Of a stretch of DNA of 35,578 bases, positions 1 through 8,195 are shown in pieces. This DNA comes from a virus (lineage: Duplodnaviria > Caudoviricetes), in the IMG/VR virus record IMGVR_UViG_3300037797_000018, positions 1-35,578 of that record; one strand, given 5' to 3'. Under the pieces are notes generated by a model, which saw nothing but the letters and a program-made list of their open reading frames with translations, ran no database searches and was not told the origin of the DNA. A program made the translations under genes and the position numbers. How positions within the stretch are numbered: the stretch's first letter is position 1; each line of letters starts with the position of its first letter.

Positions 1-124
1 GTGCGATCCAGCACTCCACATCCACATCTTCGGGAACGGTTTCTTCCTCGTGGCAGCGTGCTCTGAGGCGTGCGCGATCACGTGGCTCGAACGGCAGAAG
101 CCAGCGGTTGAGGGGAAGGGGTGA
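1..124 (+). CDS. 3' part of a 64-aa Cys/His protein spanning the end-start junction (begins at 35508)
   Basis: The frame from GTG 35508 continues across the junction without a stop to TGA 122-124: MSTSRGGRGRPGRNRGGHPHCHALCDPALHIHIFGNGFFLVAACSEACAITWLERQKPAVEGKG. Confidence 0.65.
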   Translation, partial: CDPALHIHIFGNGFFLVAACSEACAITWLERQKPAVEGKG

Positions 125-128
125 AGCG

Positions 129-398
129 ATGGCAACGGAACAGGTAGCGCAGCACACGCCGGCCGGCAGGAGCATTCCTGAGCGCGGCGCAGTGCTCGTG
201 CGGCTCGCGATCGAGGACGTGGTTAGCGGGGAGACCGACCGCGTTGAGATTCACGACGGCTGGCGCATCGTCCTGTGCGGCGGTTGGTACGTCTCCTACG
301 AGCAAAGGTTCGCGAACCAGACCACGCAACTCACGCTCAAGTACGACCCCGACTGGCGCGAGAAGGCAGCCGCCGAGACCGAGGCGGTGCCCTCGTGA
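129..398 (+). CDS. hypothetical protein
   Basis: ATG 129 after GGGGTGA RBS-like sequence; stop overlaps the next GTG (GTGA). Confidence 0.7.
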   Translation: MATEQVAQHTPAGRSIPERGAVLVRLAIEDVVSGETDRVEIHDGWRIVLCGGWYVSYEQRFANQTTQLTLKYDPDWREKAAAETEAVPS

Positions 399-640
399 CG
401 TTGGACGCGATCCTGGACAGCGCAGTGGAGCAGTGGCGGTCGTACGGCGAGATCGAGGACGACGACGAGTACGGGGCAGCGGTGGAGGCGATCTTCGACG
501 CGCTCCCTGCGGACCTGATGGCGCTGGCGGTAGACCCTCGGGTGGTGGTGGCGCCGGTGGTGTTCGCGGCGCGGAGCGTGGCGCAGGCGGTGCGGTACGC
601 GGTGGAGGGTCTGGTAATGGCGCGGATGGAGGCAGCGTGA
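395..640 (+). CDS. hypothetical acidic protein
   Basis: MTLDAILDSAVEQW...; GTGA overlaps at both ends. Confidence 0.7.
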   Translation: MTLDAILDSAVEQWRSYGEIEDDDEYGAAVEAIFDALPADLMALAVDPRVVVAPVVFAARSVAQAVRYAVEGLVMARMEAA

Positions 641-756
641 GCCCGTGGGCGCTGTTCAAGTGCGCGCTCGGGCGTCATCCCCGAGGGGCTGGGGCGAAGC
701 GAAAGCAGCGGCGGCAACCACAGCGTTGCGCACGCTGCGGAAGGTGGGCGACGTGA
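637..756 (+). CDS. small basic Cys-containing protein
   Basis: MSPWALFKCALGRH...CARCGRWAT; GGAGG upstream; GTGA coupling at both ends. Confidence 0.55.
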   Translation: MSPWALFKCALGRHPRGAGAKRKQRRQPQRCARCGRWAT

Positions 757-1004
757 GCCGTTGCGAGTGCGATCTGCATGAACTCGATCAGCGCGAGGTG
801 CTGGAGAAGTTGTCGGCGTGGGCGAGTGCGGAAGTGGTGAAGTACGCGGAACGCACCGGGGACTACAGCGGGGCCGCGGAACTCTCGTGCCTGAGCCAGC
901 GCGCGGACGATCTGCTGGACGAGGCCGATCGTCCCGAGTGCTGCGAGCGAGCGGTGCAACTGGAGCGGCCGGCGATCTGCTTCGAACACGGGAGGGTGGC
1001 ATGA
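753..1004 (+). CDS. hypothetical Cys/His protein
   Basis: MSRCECDLH...ECCE...CFEHG; coupled by 4-nt overlaps. Confidence 0.65.
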   Translation: MSRCECDLHELDQREVLEKLSAWASAEVVKYAERTGDYSGAAELSCLSQRADDLLDEADRPECCERAVQLERPAICFEHGRVA

Positions 1005-1636
1005 CTGAGCGACGGTGGTGGGAGCCGTACAAGGTGACGGTCCCCGAGGGCGAGGCTGGGTGCACGGTCGTGGAGCGGTTCACGATCGCGGACGCGCACA
1101 ACCTCACGAACATGCGGCTGGCGATGTCCGGGATGCGCACGGTCCCGGAAGGCACATGGGCTCGCATCTACTCGGGCGGCACGCTCTGGATGAGCGACAC
1201 CCCGAGCGAGATCATCGACCACATGGAGCCGATCAAGAAGGCCGAGAAGATTGGTGGGCGCGTGCTCGTCAACGGGCTTGGCATCGGTGTGGTGCTACAG
1301 GCTGTGCTGCGAGCCTCTGCGGTTGAGCGCGTGGACGTGGTGGAGATCGCCGCTGACGTGATCGCGCTGGTCGCGCCTCATTACGAGCAGATGGCGCGCG
1401 AACTCGGGGTCGAACTCGTGATCCACGAGGCCGATGCGCTGACGATTCAGTGGCCGCGCGGTACGACCTTCGACGTGGCGTGGCACGACATCTGGCCCGG
1501 CATCTGCACGGACAACATCGAGACGATGGGCACGCTGCACCGGAAGTACGGCAGGCGTGCACGCTGGCAAGGGTCGTGGCGACGCGAGTCCGTGCTGGCG
1601 CAGAAGCGACGCGAGCGCGCGCAAGGCTGGTGGTGA
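1001..1636 (+). CDS. class I SAM-dependent methyltransferase / spermidine-synthase-like protein
   Basis: WMSDTPSE, VLVNGLGIG (motif I), VDVVEI, IHEADA and FDVAWHDIW appear in Rossmann SAM-binding order; GGAGG RBS. Confidence 0.8.
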   Translation: MTERRWWEPYKVTVPEGEAGCTVVERFTIADAHNLTNMRLAMSGMRTVPEGTWARIYSGGTLWMSDTPSEIIDHMEPIKKAEKIGGRVLVNGLGIGVVLQAVLRASAVERVDVVEIAADVIALVAPHYEQMARELGVELVIHEADALTIQWPRGTTFDVAWHDIWPGICTDNIETMGTLHRKYGRRARWQGSWRRESVLAQKRRERAQGWW

Positions 1637-1640
1637 AGCT

Positions 1641-2333
1641 GTGACCAGTGAGGTTTCTATCCGCAACACCCTGACTGAGATCGGCGAGTTGGACACGCAG
1701 ATCAAGGAGATGGACGACCTGATCGCGGAACTGGCGTGGCACATCGCGAACGTGACGCAGGAGCAAGAGGCACAGCACGGCCATTCGGTGCGCAGCGCGG
1801 CGACGCTGGCTGCGATTGCTCCGCTGAGGCGGGAGCTGGCCGAGGTTGAGTCGCTGCGCAGTCGGGCGAGCCACGAGCGGCAACGGTACGAGTACGCGCT
1901 GCTGGCGCGGGCGAACAAGGTGGGGACACCGCTGCCGGAGCTGGTGGCGACGTACGTGGATCTCGGCGAGATCACCGCGCGCCTCGCGGACGCGCGGATT
2001 GCGGGGCTCGTGGGAGATGCCGAGCCATACCTGGAAGACGGTTCAGATCCGAAGTTGCTGGCAGACATGCAGAAGTCCATCGACGCGGAGAAAGAGAAGC
2101 AGGCGGCGAAGGCGAATGAGCGCAACGAGGCGCGGTCGGCGGCACAGAAGAAGCTGGCGAAGAAGTACGTGGGACCGAAGGCGCACGTGGAGCCGCATAC
2201 GGACGACGACTGCGCTCACTGCAATCAGGTGAAGGCACAGGACGAAGCGCTGAGCGACCCGGAGGGGGCGGCAGCGGTGGTGGAGGAACGGTTCGCAGCA
2301 CGTGAGCCGAGCGCATCAAGGTTTGAGGACTGA
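1641..2333 (+). CDS. hypothetical coiled-coil protein
   Basis: Helical, charged ORF with a C-terminal HTDDDCAHC motif; GTG start after GGTGGTGA. Confidence 0.7.
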   Translation: MTSEVSIRNTLTEIGELDTQIKEMDDLIAELAWHIANVTQEQEAQHGHSVRSAATLAAIAPLRRELAEVESLRSRASHERQRYEYALLARANKVGTPLPELVATYVDLGEITARLADARIAGLVGDAEPYLEDGSDPKLLADMQKSIDAEKEKQAAKANERNEARSAAQKKLAKKYVGPKAHVEPHTDDDCAHCNQVKAQDEALSDPEGAAAVVEERFAAREPSASRFED

Positions 2334-2339
2334 CCGGCG

Positions 2340-2702
2340 GTGAACATCGCGGTGGTTGGGTCTCGTGACTGGCCGAACAGCGGGATCGTGAAGGAGAAGC
2401 TGACGCTCTTTGTTGACCATCTCGTGCCATTCAACGAACCGATCACGATCGTCTCGGGCGGTGCGCGCGGCGTGGACACATGGGCGGAGGAATGGGCGAG
2501 AGATCACGGTCACGAAACGCTCATCTTCAAGCCTGACTGGAACCGCTACGGCAATTCGGCGGGGTTCCGCCGCAACATGCAGATCGTGGACGCGGCCGAC
2601 CTCGTGATCGCCTTCCAGTGGAGGGAATCGCGCGGGACGCAGCACTCGATAGACCTCGCCAAGCAAGCGAAGAAGCCGCTCCGTGTGGTCACGGGTGGCT
2701 GA
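2340..2702 (+). CDS. SLOG-superfamily protein (DUF2493/YspA-like)
   Basis: IAVVGSRDW, IVSGGARGVDTWAEEWA, PDWNRYGNSAGFRRNMQIV, SRGTQHSI are the characteristic motifs. Confidence 0.9.
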   Translation: MNIAVVGSRDWPNSGIVKEKLTLFVDHLVPFNEPITIVSGGARGVDTWAEEWARDHGHETLIFKPDWNRYGNSAGFRRNMQIVDAADLVIAFQWRESRGTQHSIDLAKQAKKPLRVVTGG

Positions 2703-2714
2703 GGGAGGGGAACG

Positions 2715-3182
2715 ATGACGAACGATCCGAACGCATTTCTCATGGGGGCTGGTGGACGGTCGGCGACCTTCCCTGACATCGGGACGGAGTACGACGGTTA
2801 CATCGTGTCGTACGAGATGCGCCAGCAGACGGACTTCAAGTCGGGCCAGCCGCTGCTGTGGAACGACGGCAACCCGCGCATGCAGCTCGTGGTCACGATC
2901 CACACGAACCTTCAAGAGGACGCCGACGACGACGGCATGCGGACGCTGTACATCAAGGGAAACATGCAGAAGGCGGTCAAGGACGCGGTGGCGAAGGCCG
3001 GAGCGCGTGGGATCGCTATCGATGGGCGGCTGTTCGTGCGGTACACGGGTGACGGCGAGAAGCCGGACCCCAAGCTGAACGCGCCGAAGTTCTACATCGC
3101 GAAGTACCTGGCACCCGTGCAGGCGATCCCGGGCGATCCCGGCGACGGCCCTCCGCCTGACGACGACGCAGCCCCGTTCTGA
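2715..3182 (+). CDS. single-stranded DNA-binding protein, actinophage type
   Basis: RQQTDF..G.PLLWNDGNPRMQLVVT, DDDGMRTLYIKG, VRYTGDGE, APKFY; acidic tail ending in PF. Confidence 0.75.
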   Translation: MTNDPNAFLMGAGGRSATFPDIGTEYDGYIVSYEMRQQTDFKSGQPLLWNDGNPRMQLVVTIHTNLQEDADDDGMRTLYIKGNMQKAVKDAVAKAGARGIAIDGRLFVRYTGDGEKPDPKLNAPKFYIAKYLAPVQAIPGDPGDGPPPDDDAAPF

Positions 3183-3334
3183 TGAAGTGCTGCAAGTGCG
3201 GGGCAGAAGCGACGCGCACGTGGACGACGCCCGCGCCACGAGCTGACACGCGGGACGTGCCACCGCCCGGTGTGGTGTGGTGGACGATCGGGTACTGCGG
3301 GGCGTGCTGGTTGATCCGTGAGGCTGCGGCATGA
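3182..3334 (+). CDS. small zinc-ribbon-like protein (not in ORF track)
   Basis: MKCCKCGAEAT...GYCGACW, 50 aa; TGATG and ATGA coupling. Confidence 0.6.
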   Translation: MKCCKCGAEATRTWTTPAPRADTRDVPPPGVVWWTIGYCGACWLIREAAA

Positions 3335-3555
3335 GCCCGAGGACGGGGTATGTCGTGGCGGAGGTATGTGAGGGCTCCAGCGAGAAGCCGGTAGCGGTCG
3401 AAGGGAAGTTCGGCCAGTGCCCGCATTGCGGGGCGTGGCGAGTCGTGCGCAAGGACGGTCTGATGCGCTGGCATCCGTATCCGGAGGAGCCCGTGAGGCT
3501 GCGGCACGAGGTAACGGCGGCGCGGCGGGAGCGGGACGAGCGGAGGGGGCGGTGA
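3331..3555 (+). CDS. small zinc-binding protein
   Basis: C-EGS...GQCPHCG...MRWH motif. Confidence 0.7.
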   Translation: MSPRTGYVVAEVCEGSSEKPVAVEGKFGQCPHCGAWRVVRKDGLMRWHPYPEEPVRLRHEVTAARRERDERRGR

Positions 3556-3875
3556 CCGCTCGCGGGACGTGGAAGGAGAGCGAACGTCGGATGGCAGTTG
3601 CGCTCGGTGGGGTACGCGTCCCGATCACCGGCCGGCAGCGCGGGGATGCACCGGACATTGCTCACGAGCTCTACGCCATCGAGCACAAGTACGGCCAGCG
3701 GCTGCTCTCTGGACGGCTGCACGAGGCGGTCGAGCAAGCGGTGGCAGCAGCGCTGACGACGGGGCGGACGCCGCTGGTGACGATGGAGGAACACCGGCCG
3801 GGGCGCCGGGACAACGAGCGGTACGTGCTCATGCGGCTTGAGGACTTCCTGGAGATCACGAGCGAGGGGGAGTAA
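3552..3875 (+). CDS. Holliday junction resolvase, Hjc-like PD-(D/E)xK nuclease
   Basis: WKESERRMA, DAPDI, AIEHKY catalytic pattern and C-terminal VLMRLEDFL. Confidence 0.75.
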   Translation: MTARGTWKESERRMAVALGGVRVPITGRQRGDAPDIAHELYAIEHKYGQRLLSGRLHEAVEQAVAAALTTGRTPLVTMEEHRPGRRDNERYVLMRLEDFLEITSEGE

Positions 3876-4246
3876 TGGCGAGCGAGGAACACGATGCGCT
3901 CAATCGAGAGATCGCGGAACGGCTGCTCGGCTGGACGCGTGACGAGTGGGAGGACGTGGACGGCGGGATGAATCCGGGGTGGCGCATGCCGTCCGGGGAG
4001 ATGTGGACCCACGACTTCACGCCGGCCTTCGCCGGCACGTGGGAAGGCTGCGGGAGAGTGCTGGAGGTCATGCGCGAAGGCGGGTGGGCTGTCTTGATCG
4101 CGGTGAAGCCTGACCGTCAGTGTCAGGTTGATGTGCTTCGGCCGCGAGAAGCCGTGCATGTGGCGGCGTCCAGTGCGGCAACCGTGCCCGAGGCAGTGGC
4201 GAAGGCGTGCGTTCAAGCGCTCCGAGCGGAGCACCATGCCCGGTGA
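3875..4246 (+). CDS. phage ABA-sandwich-domain-like protein
   Basis: DALNREIAERLLGW ... F.GTWEGCGRVLEVM ... PEAVAKACVQA pattern. Confidence 0.65.
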   Translation: MASEEHDALNREIAERLLGWTRDEWEDVDGGMNPGWRMPSGEMWTHDFTPAFAGTWEGCGRVLEVMREGGWAVLIAVKPDRQCQVDVLRPREAVHVAASSAATVPEAVAKACVQALRAEHHAR

Positions 4247-4373
4247 GGTTGCTACGGGAGACGTGGTGCTGATCGTGGGGATCGCGATCGCGGTGATCTC
4301 GGGGTGGGCGCAGTGGCGTTCAGGGGTGCTGGCGGAGCCGTGTTCGTGCGGACGACGGCGCGGTCATCGGTGA
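4236..4373 (+). CDS. small membrane protein
   Basis: One hydrophobic helix (VVLIVGIAIAVISGW) followed by CSCG. Confidence 0.5.
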   Translation: MPGEVATGDVVLIVGIAIAVISGWAQWRSGVLAEPCSCGRRRGHR

Positions 4374-4522
4374 TCACGAAGCGTTGCCCTGAGTGCGGGC
4401 GCGACACGGTGATCCGTTTCGAGTGGGCGCAGACGGCGCTTCCGCCGGGGCTCTCGTACTGGAGGTGCGCGCTCATGCCGGATGCGTGCTGGGCGGGGCC
4501 GTTCGTGATGGAGACGCCCTGA
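4370..4522 (+). CDS. small zinc-ribbon protein
   Basis: KRCPECG...WRCALMPDACW; GTGA coupling. Confidence 0.6.
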   Translation: MITKRCPECGRDTVIRFEWAQTALPPGLSYWRCALMPDACWAGPFVMETP

Positions 4523-4639
4523 GATGGAGCGCTGGTGTGTGTCCCGGAGCGTGGCCCGTGGGCTTGGAGCTGGGGAGTCGGGTACTGCGGGAGCGTTCCG
4601 GGATGCACACGGGGAGATTCATCGGGAAGGGGGCGGACG

Positions 4640-4840
4640 GTGACGACGAAGGCTCAGGTGGTGAGGTATTTCACGGTCGAGTGGCAAACGCGATACGAGG
4701 CGGGCGTGCCCGTTGGGACTCGTGGAGATCTAGTGCAGGCTGCCGTGGCGAGTGGGCTGCTTGACCGTCGCGCGCTTGAACAATGGGACTCGCGGCGAGG
4801 CAAGGGAGCGCAGTTTGAGTACCGCCGAGCGCAGCCGTGA
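4640..4840 (+). CDS. hypothetical protein
   Basis: MTTKAQVVRYF...; GTG after AAGGGGG; overlaps the next start. Confidence 0.55.
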   Translation: MTTKAQVVRYFTVEWQTRYEAGVPVGTRGDLVQAAVASGLLDRRALEQWDSRRGKGAQFEYRRAQP

Positions 4841-5031
4841 AGCCGCTCGCTGAGCTTGTGTGCCCCTATTGCTGGCGCGACCTTCGGGTATGTCGAGTCC
4901 CCGGGTGCGGCAAGCCGTCACGTGCGCGAGGCGTGTGTCAGGGCCACTACACGCGCCTGCTCCGCTACGGGAGAGTCGTGGCGGACGTACCGCTGCGTCC
5001 GCGTTCTCAACCTGAGCGGGTGCAGCCGTGA
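4837..5031 (+). CDS. small protein with C-x4-C-x9-C-x2-H zinc motif
   Basis: CRVPGCGKPSRARGVCQGHYTRLLRYG, a motif often found N-terminal in phage HNH proteins; extra CPYC. Confidence 0.7.
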   Translation: MKPLAELVCPYCWRDLRVCRVPGCGKPSRARGVCQGHYTRLLRYGRVVADVPLRPRSQPERVQP

Positions 5032-5222
5032 AGTGCGAGCGGTGTAACGGCACGGTGCTGCGGGTGCTGGAGGTTGAGGGATACGAGCGTCAGTGTGTGG
5101 CATGTGGGCGAGTGCCTGAGGCTGACCTGGAGGAGCTGCGATCTTCTGCTGCGCTGACTGAGCGGTGGATGGAGGGCAAGAGCCGCCGGCGCCAGCCCTC
5201 GATCAATGGTCAGGTCATTTAA
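5028..5222 (+). CDS. small zinc-ribbon protein
   Basis: MKCERCNG...QCVACG. Confidence 0.7.
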   Translation: MKCERCNGTVLRVLEVEGYERQCVACGRVPEADLEELRSSAALTERWMEGKSRRRQPSINGQVI

Positions 5223-5749
5223 TGCCGCGCGGCGTCTACGTCCGGACTGACGAGTACCGCGAGAAGCAGCGTAAAGCGCAACCGAAGGGGCCAGAATCGC
5301 CGAGGTACCGACACGGTGGGGTCGGCACGCAGACCTATAAGACCTGGGCTGGAATGCTGGCGCGCTGCCGCAATCCACGAGAGACCGGATACCAGAATTA
5401 CGGGGGGCGGGGGATCACCGTTTGCGAACGGTGGATGGTCTTCACCAATTTCCTCGAAGACATGGGCGAGAGGCCACCCGACCTGTCTCTGGACCGCATC
5501 AACAACGACGGCAACTACGAACCCGGCAATTGCCGTTGGGCTGATCGCGCCACGCAAAACGCTAACAGGAGAAACCATCAGCCTCGCGGTAGTGCAAGCC
5601 TGCGCGCCCGTCTCAACGAACTTCAAGTGCGCGAGATACGGCGACTGTACGAAGCGGGCGCAAGGCGCGCAGACATTGCTCGATGGTTTCGGATCGGTGA
5701 AACAACGGTGTCGCACGTCGTCAATAGGCGCACGTGGAAACACATCTGA
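5222..5749 (+). CDS. HNH-type homing endonuclease with C-terminal HTH
   Basis: YKTWAGMLARC, NYGGRGITVCERW, LSLDRINNDGNYEPGNCRWA...QNANRR; C-terminal ARLNELQVREIR...IARWF...RTWKHI. Confidence 0.88.
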   Translation: MPRGVYVRTDEYREKQRKAQPKGPESPRYRHGGVGTQTYKTWAGMLARCRNPRETGYQNYGGRGITVCERWMVFTNFLEDMGERPPDLSLDRINNDGNYEPGNCRWADRATQNANRRNHQPRGSASLRARLNELQVREIRRLYEAGARRADIARWFRIGETTVSHVVNRRTWKHI

Positions 5750-5769
5750 TGCGCTTGTAGGACGTGGAG

Positions 5770-5799
5770 ACGCCCTCGGTAGGTAGAGCCCGAGGGCGT
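5770..5799. terminator. probable bidirectional terminator hairpin between convergent units
   Basis: Perfect 10-bp stem ACGCCCTCGG/CCGAGGGCGT with 10-nt loop, between the + gene ending 5749 and the - gene ending 5831; no U-tract. Confidence 0.55.
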
Positions 5800-5830
5800 G
5801 TGAGAGGCTACAGGAGCCCCGTACGCGGTT

Positions 5831-6100
5831 TTAAGTGGTGGGAGTGGTGGAACGGGCCTTGTCGAGCGCAGCACGGGCACGGGCAAGAACGTGCACGACG
5901 TCCGCTGGTAGATCGCTGTCGTCGCTGAGTGAACTGGCCTCCCACGCCTCGCGCTCCAACATCGCCAGAGCCTCCGCGAGTGCATCGCGCATGTCAGCCG
6001 CCGCCTCGTGGAGCGGGCAGAACACGATGCGATGGCCTACTCCGGCGAGGTTCAGGTGCCTGACCCGACACTCGGAGCATGAGGGTGTGGGAGTGGTCAT
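5831..6100 (-). CDS. hypothetical protein
   Basis: CSEC...FCPLHEAAADMRDALAEAL; last gene of a coupled reverse operon. Confidence 0.7.
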   Translation of the reverse strand: MTTPTPSCSECRVRHLNLAGVGHRIVFCPLHEAAADMRDALAEALAMLEREAWEASSLSDDSDLPADVVHVLARARAALDKARSTTPTT

Positions 6101-6237
6101 TGGGATGCTCCTGTAGCCGCCAGCCGTAGCAGCTCAGCGCCGACTGCGCACAAGGCCATCGGGTGATCTCGACATTGCCGGCACGCGTCTAGGTGGTCGT
6201 GGAACTTATCGCGTAGGGCGTCGGTGGGTGTGGTCAT
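6097..6237 (-). CDS. small Cys/His protein (not in ORF track)
   Basis: MTTPTDALRDKFHDHLDACRQCRDHPMALCAVGAELLRLAATGASQ; ATGA overlap with the next gene. Confidence 0.6.
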   Translation of the reverse strand: MTTPTDALRDKFHDHLDACRQCRDHPMALCAVGAELLRLAATGASQ

Positions 6238-6253
6238 GGTGGGTGAGGCTCCT

Positions 6254-6412
6254 CTACTGCTGGACGCGCGGCGAGCGCAGGGCCATGCATGGTGGGCAGT
6301 GCCAGTGGAATCGGGGTTTGCGGTCGTTCGAGATCGCGGGGCGCTTCACGGCCTCAGTGGTCATCGTCCAGCAGTACCAGCAGCGTCGTGCAGTCGTGGC
6401 GGTGGTGGTCAT
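6254..6412 (-). CDS. small zinc-finger-like protein
   Basis: CWYC...HCPPC; ATGA overlap with the upstream gene, GAAGGAG RBS. Confidence 0.6.
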   Translation of the reverse strand: MTTTATTARRCWYCWTMTTEAVKRPAISNDRKPRFHWHCPPCMALRSPRVQQ

Positions 6413-6597
6413 AGCTGATCTCCTTCTACTGCTAGGGACTCCACGACGTTGAAGCCGAGCAGCTCCAGGCCGCGCAGGTCGTCGTCCGTGACGGTCTTCT
6501 TGCCCGTGATGCGCTCCCACCCGCGAGCCTGCTGCTCGTTCGCCGGGTAGCGAAGCACGCGCCCGTACGCGCTCTTGATGTTGACGGGAAACTCCAT
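6409..6597 (-). CDS. conserved small phage protein
   Basis: IKSAYGRVLRYPANE...ITGKKTVT..DL..LELLGF resembles a recurrent small phage family; AGGAGG RBS at 6603-6608. Confidence 0.75.
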   Translation of the reverse strand: MEFPVNIKSAYGRVLRYPANEQQARGWERITGKKTVTDDDLRGLELLGFNVVESLAVEGDQL

Positions 6598-6629
6598 TAG
6601 CGCCTCCTAGTGGGTAGTTGTCAGGGTGG

Positions 6630-6658
6630 AGCGTACGAGTTAGACTGGTGCTTGTCAA
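6630..6658 (-). promoter_or_regulatory. housekeeping sigma (SigA/sigma70-type) promoter for the reverse operon
   Basis: TTGACA (6653-6658), 17-nt spacer, TACGCT (6630-6635) on the minus strand. Confidence 0.8.
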
Positions 6659-6680
6659 CTGGTAGCGTCAGGAGGTTCGA

Positions 6681-7139
6681 TTGAGCGTGACGGCTGTCCC
6701 CGATGCGTTGAGGTGGGAGGTGTGGGTACGAGACGACTTCCGGTGTCGTGCTTGTGGCTCCCGGATGTTCCTCGTGGTTGACCACATCCAGCCCGAGTCG
6801 CGGGGCGGCAGGACCGTGGCTGACAATCTGCAAACGCTCTGCCGAGCCTGCAACTCCCGAAAGCTTCACCACCTCACCGAGTTCATCGAACCAGGGCGCG
6901 CCTGCGAGAGTTCAGAGTGCTGGTGTCGTCAGCCGGTGGAGGTGCAGCCCGAGGTAAGTCTGTTCACGACTGAGGAAGCACGCACGGCTGACCGGCTGCG
7001 TATCGTGAAGAAGCTGCCGGCGGGCGGGCCGAAGAAGCCAGCGGGCTACTTCGTGAGGTACCTGCGGGTGGAGAGGGCGCGTGATGGTCTGTTCTGGGAG
7101 AGGCGGACTCGCGAACTCTGCCCGTGGCGAGCTGCCTGA
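6681..7139 (+). CDS. HNH endonuclease (McrA-like, zinc-binding)
   Basis: RDDFRCRACG...VDHIQPESRGG...DNLQTLCRACNSRK; TTG start with AGGAGG RBS. Confidence 0.88.
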   Translation: MSVTAVPDALRWEVWVRDDFRCRACGSRMFLVVDHIQPESRGGRTVADNLQTLCRACNSRKLHHLTEFIEPGRACESSECWCRQPVEVQPEVSLFTTEEARTADRLRIVKKLPAGGPKKPAGYFVRYLRVERARDGLFWERRTRELCPWRAA

Positions 7140-7163
7140 GCGTGGGTCATTCGAGGAGGCACC

Positions 7164-7334
7164 ATGAGCGACCCGCTGAAGGAGTACCGCTGTCCATGTG
7201 GTGCCGTGCTGAAGACGGGTGTGGGTGGTGTGACCGGCGCGCAACTCGGGCGGCATGCACGGTCGAAACGCCATCAGGTGTACGCACGACTGGACTACGA
7301 ACGTCGCCGGAAGCTGAGGGTGGGGGAGGCGTGA
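7164..7334 (+). CDS. small C2H2-like zinc-finger protein (not in ORF track)
   Basis: YRCPCG...RHARSKRH; GAGGAGG RBS; 56 aa. Confidence 0.65.
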   Translation: MSDPLKEYRCPCGAVLKTGVGGVTGAQLGRHARSKRHQVYARLDYERRRKLRVGEA

Positions 7335-7627
7335 TGCCAGAGGGTGATCGCACGGACCTGTGCGAGACGTGCGGGCACGAGAAGGCTGCGCACGATCCCC
7401 CGCGTCCCGGACGCGAACGAGTGGACGGATCACCTGAGTCGGGGCACTGCTCGGCCTGCCCATGCGATAAGAAGGACGAGTCGGCGTGCCTCCACGACTA
7501 CTGCCCACGGCTCTGTGACCACGAACACGTCGATCCGCTCGATGAGCCGCGCCCGACCATGTACACGGGCTGGTACCTGTGCCGTGATTGCAATCGACGC
7601 ATCGAGCTTATGGACACGATCGCGTGA
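7334..7627 (+). CDS. Cys/His-rich protein
   Basis: TDLCETCGHEKAAH...GHCSACPC...CRDC; GGAGG RBS. Confidence 0.7.
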   Translation: MPEGDRTDLCETCGHEKAAHDPPRPGRERVDGSPESGHCSACPCDKKDESACLHDYCPRLCDHEHVDPLDEPRPTMYTGWYLCRDCNRRIELMDTIA

Positions 7628-7638
7628 CGTAACGGGAC

Positions 7639-7668
7639 GTTGCTACGCGAAACCTCGGGTCGTAGACT
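7639..7668 (+). promoter_or_regulatory. putative terS promoter overlapped by a palindromic operator
   Basis: TTGCTA (7640-7645), 17 nt, TAGACT (7663-7668); GTTGC-tacgc-GAAAC at 7639-7653. Confidence 0.6.
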
Positions 7669-7676
7669 CGGGGGCA

Positions 7677-8195
7677 ATGGCACGCACCCTCACCGCTCGT
7701 CAGCAGCGTTTTGTCGCTGAGTACGCGATCGACCTCAATGCGACGCAGGCCGCCATCCGCGCCGGCTACTCCTCACACACCGCGTACTCGCAGGGTCAAC
7801 GGCTGTTGAAGCATGTTGAAATCGCCCCTGCGATTCAACAGACCCATGTTGAAGTGACCGCCATCGTCGCTGAGCGTGTCGGGGAGGCTGCTGGCTCCGC
7901 TGCCTGGATTGTCGAGAAGGCGTGCGAGGTCGTGCTGCGTGCGTTGGCCGCGGTGCCGCTCAAGGACGCGAAGGGCAAGGTGCTGCTCGACGAAGAGGGC
8001 AACCCGGTGATGGGTGATGGCAACCTGAGCGCAGCGACGCCAGCCCTCGTGTTGCTCGCGAAGCGGTGGCCAGAGTTCTCACCGAAGGGCGACGAAGCAG
8101 GCGGGGACACGCACCAGCATCTCCACCTGCACGGGCTGAGCGACGACCAGTTGCGCGCGATTGCGCAGCGAGGGCTCGGTGATGGTTCTCGCTGA
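7677..8195 (+). CDS. terS: terminase small subunit
   Basis: LTARQQRFVAEYAIDLNATQAAIRAGYS...QGQRLL is the typical Terminase_2 N-terminus; directly upstream of TerL. Confidence 0.93.
   Translation: MARTLTARQQRFVAEYAIDLNATQAAIRAGYSSHTAYSQGQRLLKHVEIAPAIQQTHVEVTAIVAERVGEAAGSAAWIVEKACEVVLRALAAVPLKDAKGKVLLDEEGNPVMGDGNLSAATPALVLLAKRWPEFSPKGDEAGGDTHQHLHLHGLSDDQLRAIAQRGLGDGSR

Noticed and set aside
4248-4262. GTTGC-tacgg-GAGAC, similar to the operator
   Set aside because: Two mismatches, inside a coding region and with no promoter nearby; compatible with chance
4525-4643. Short ORF MERWCVSRSV... filling the gap
   Set aside because: No RBS or motif and it competes with another frame; cannot be supported
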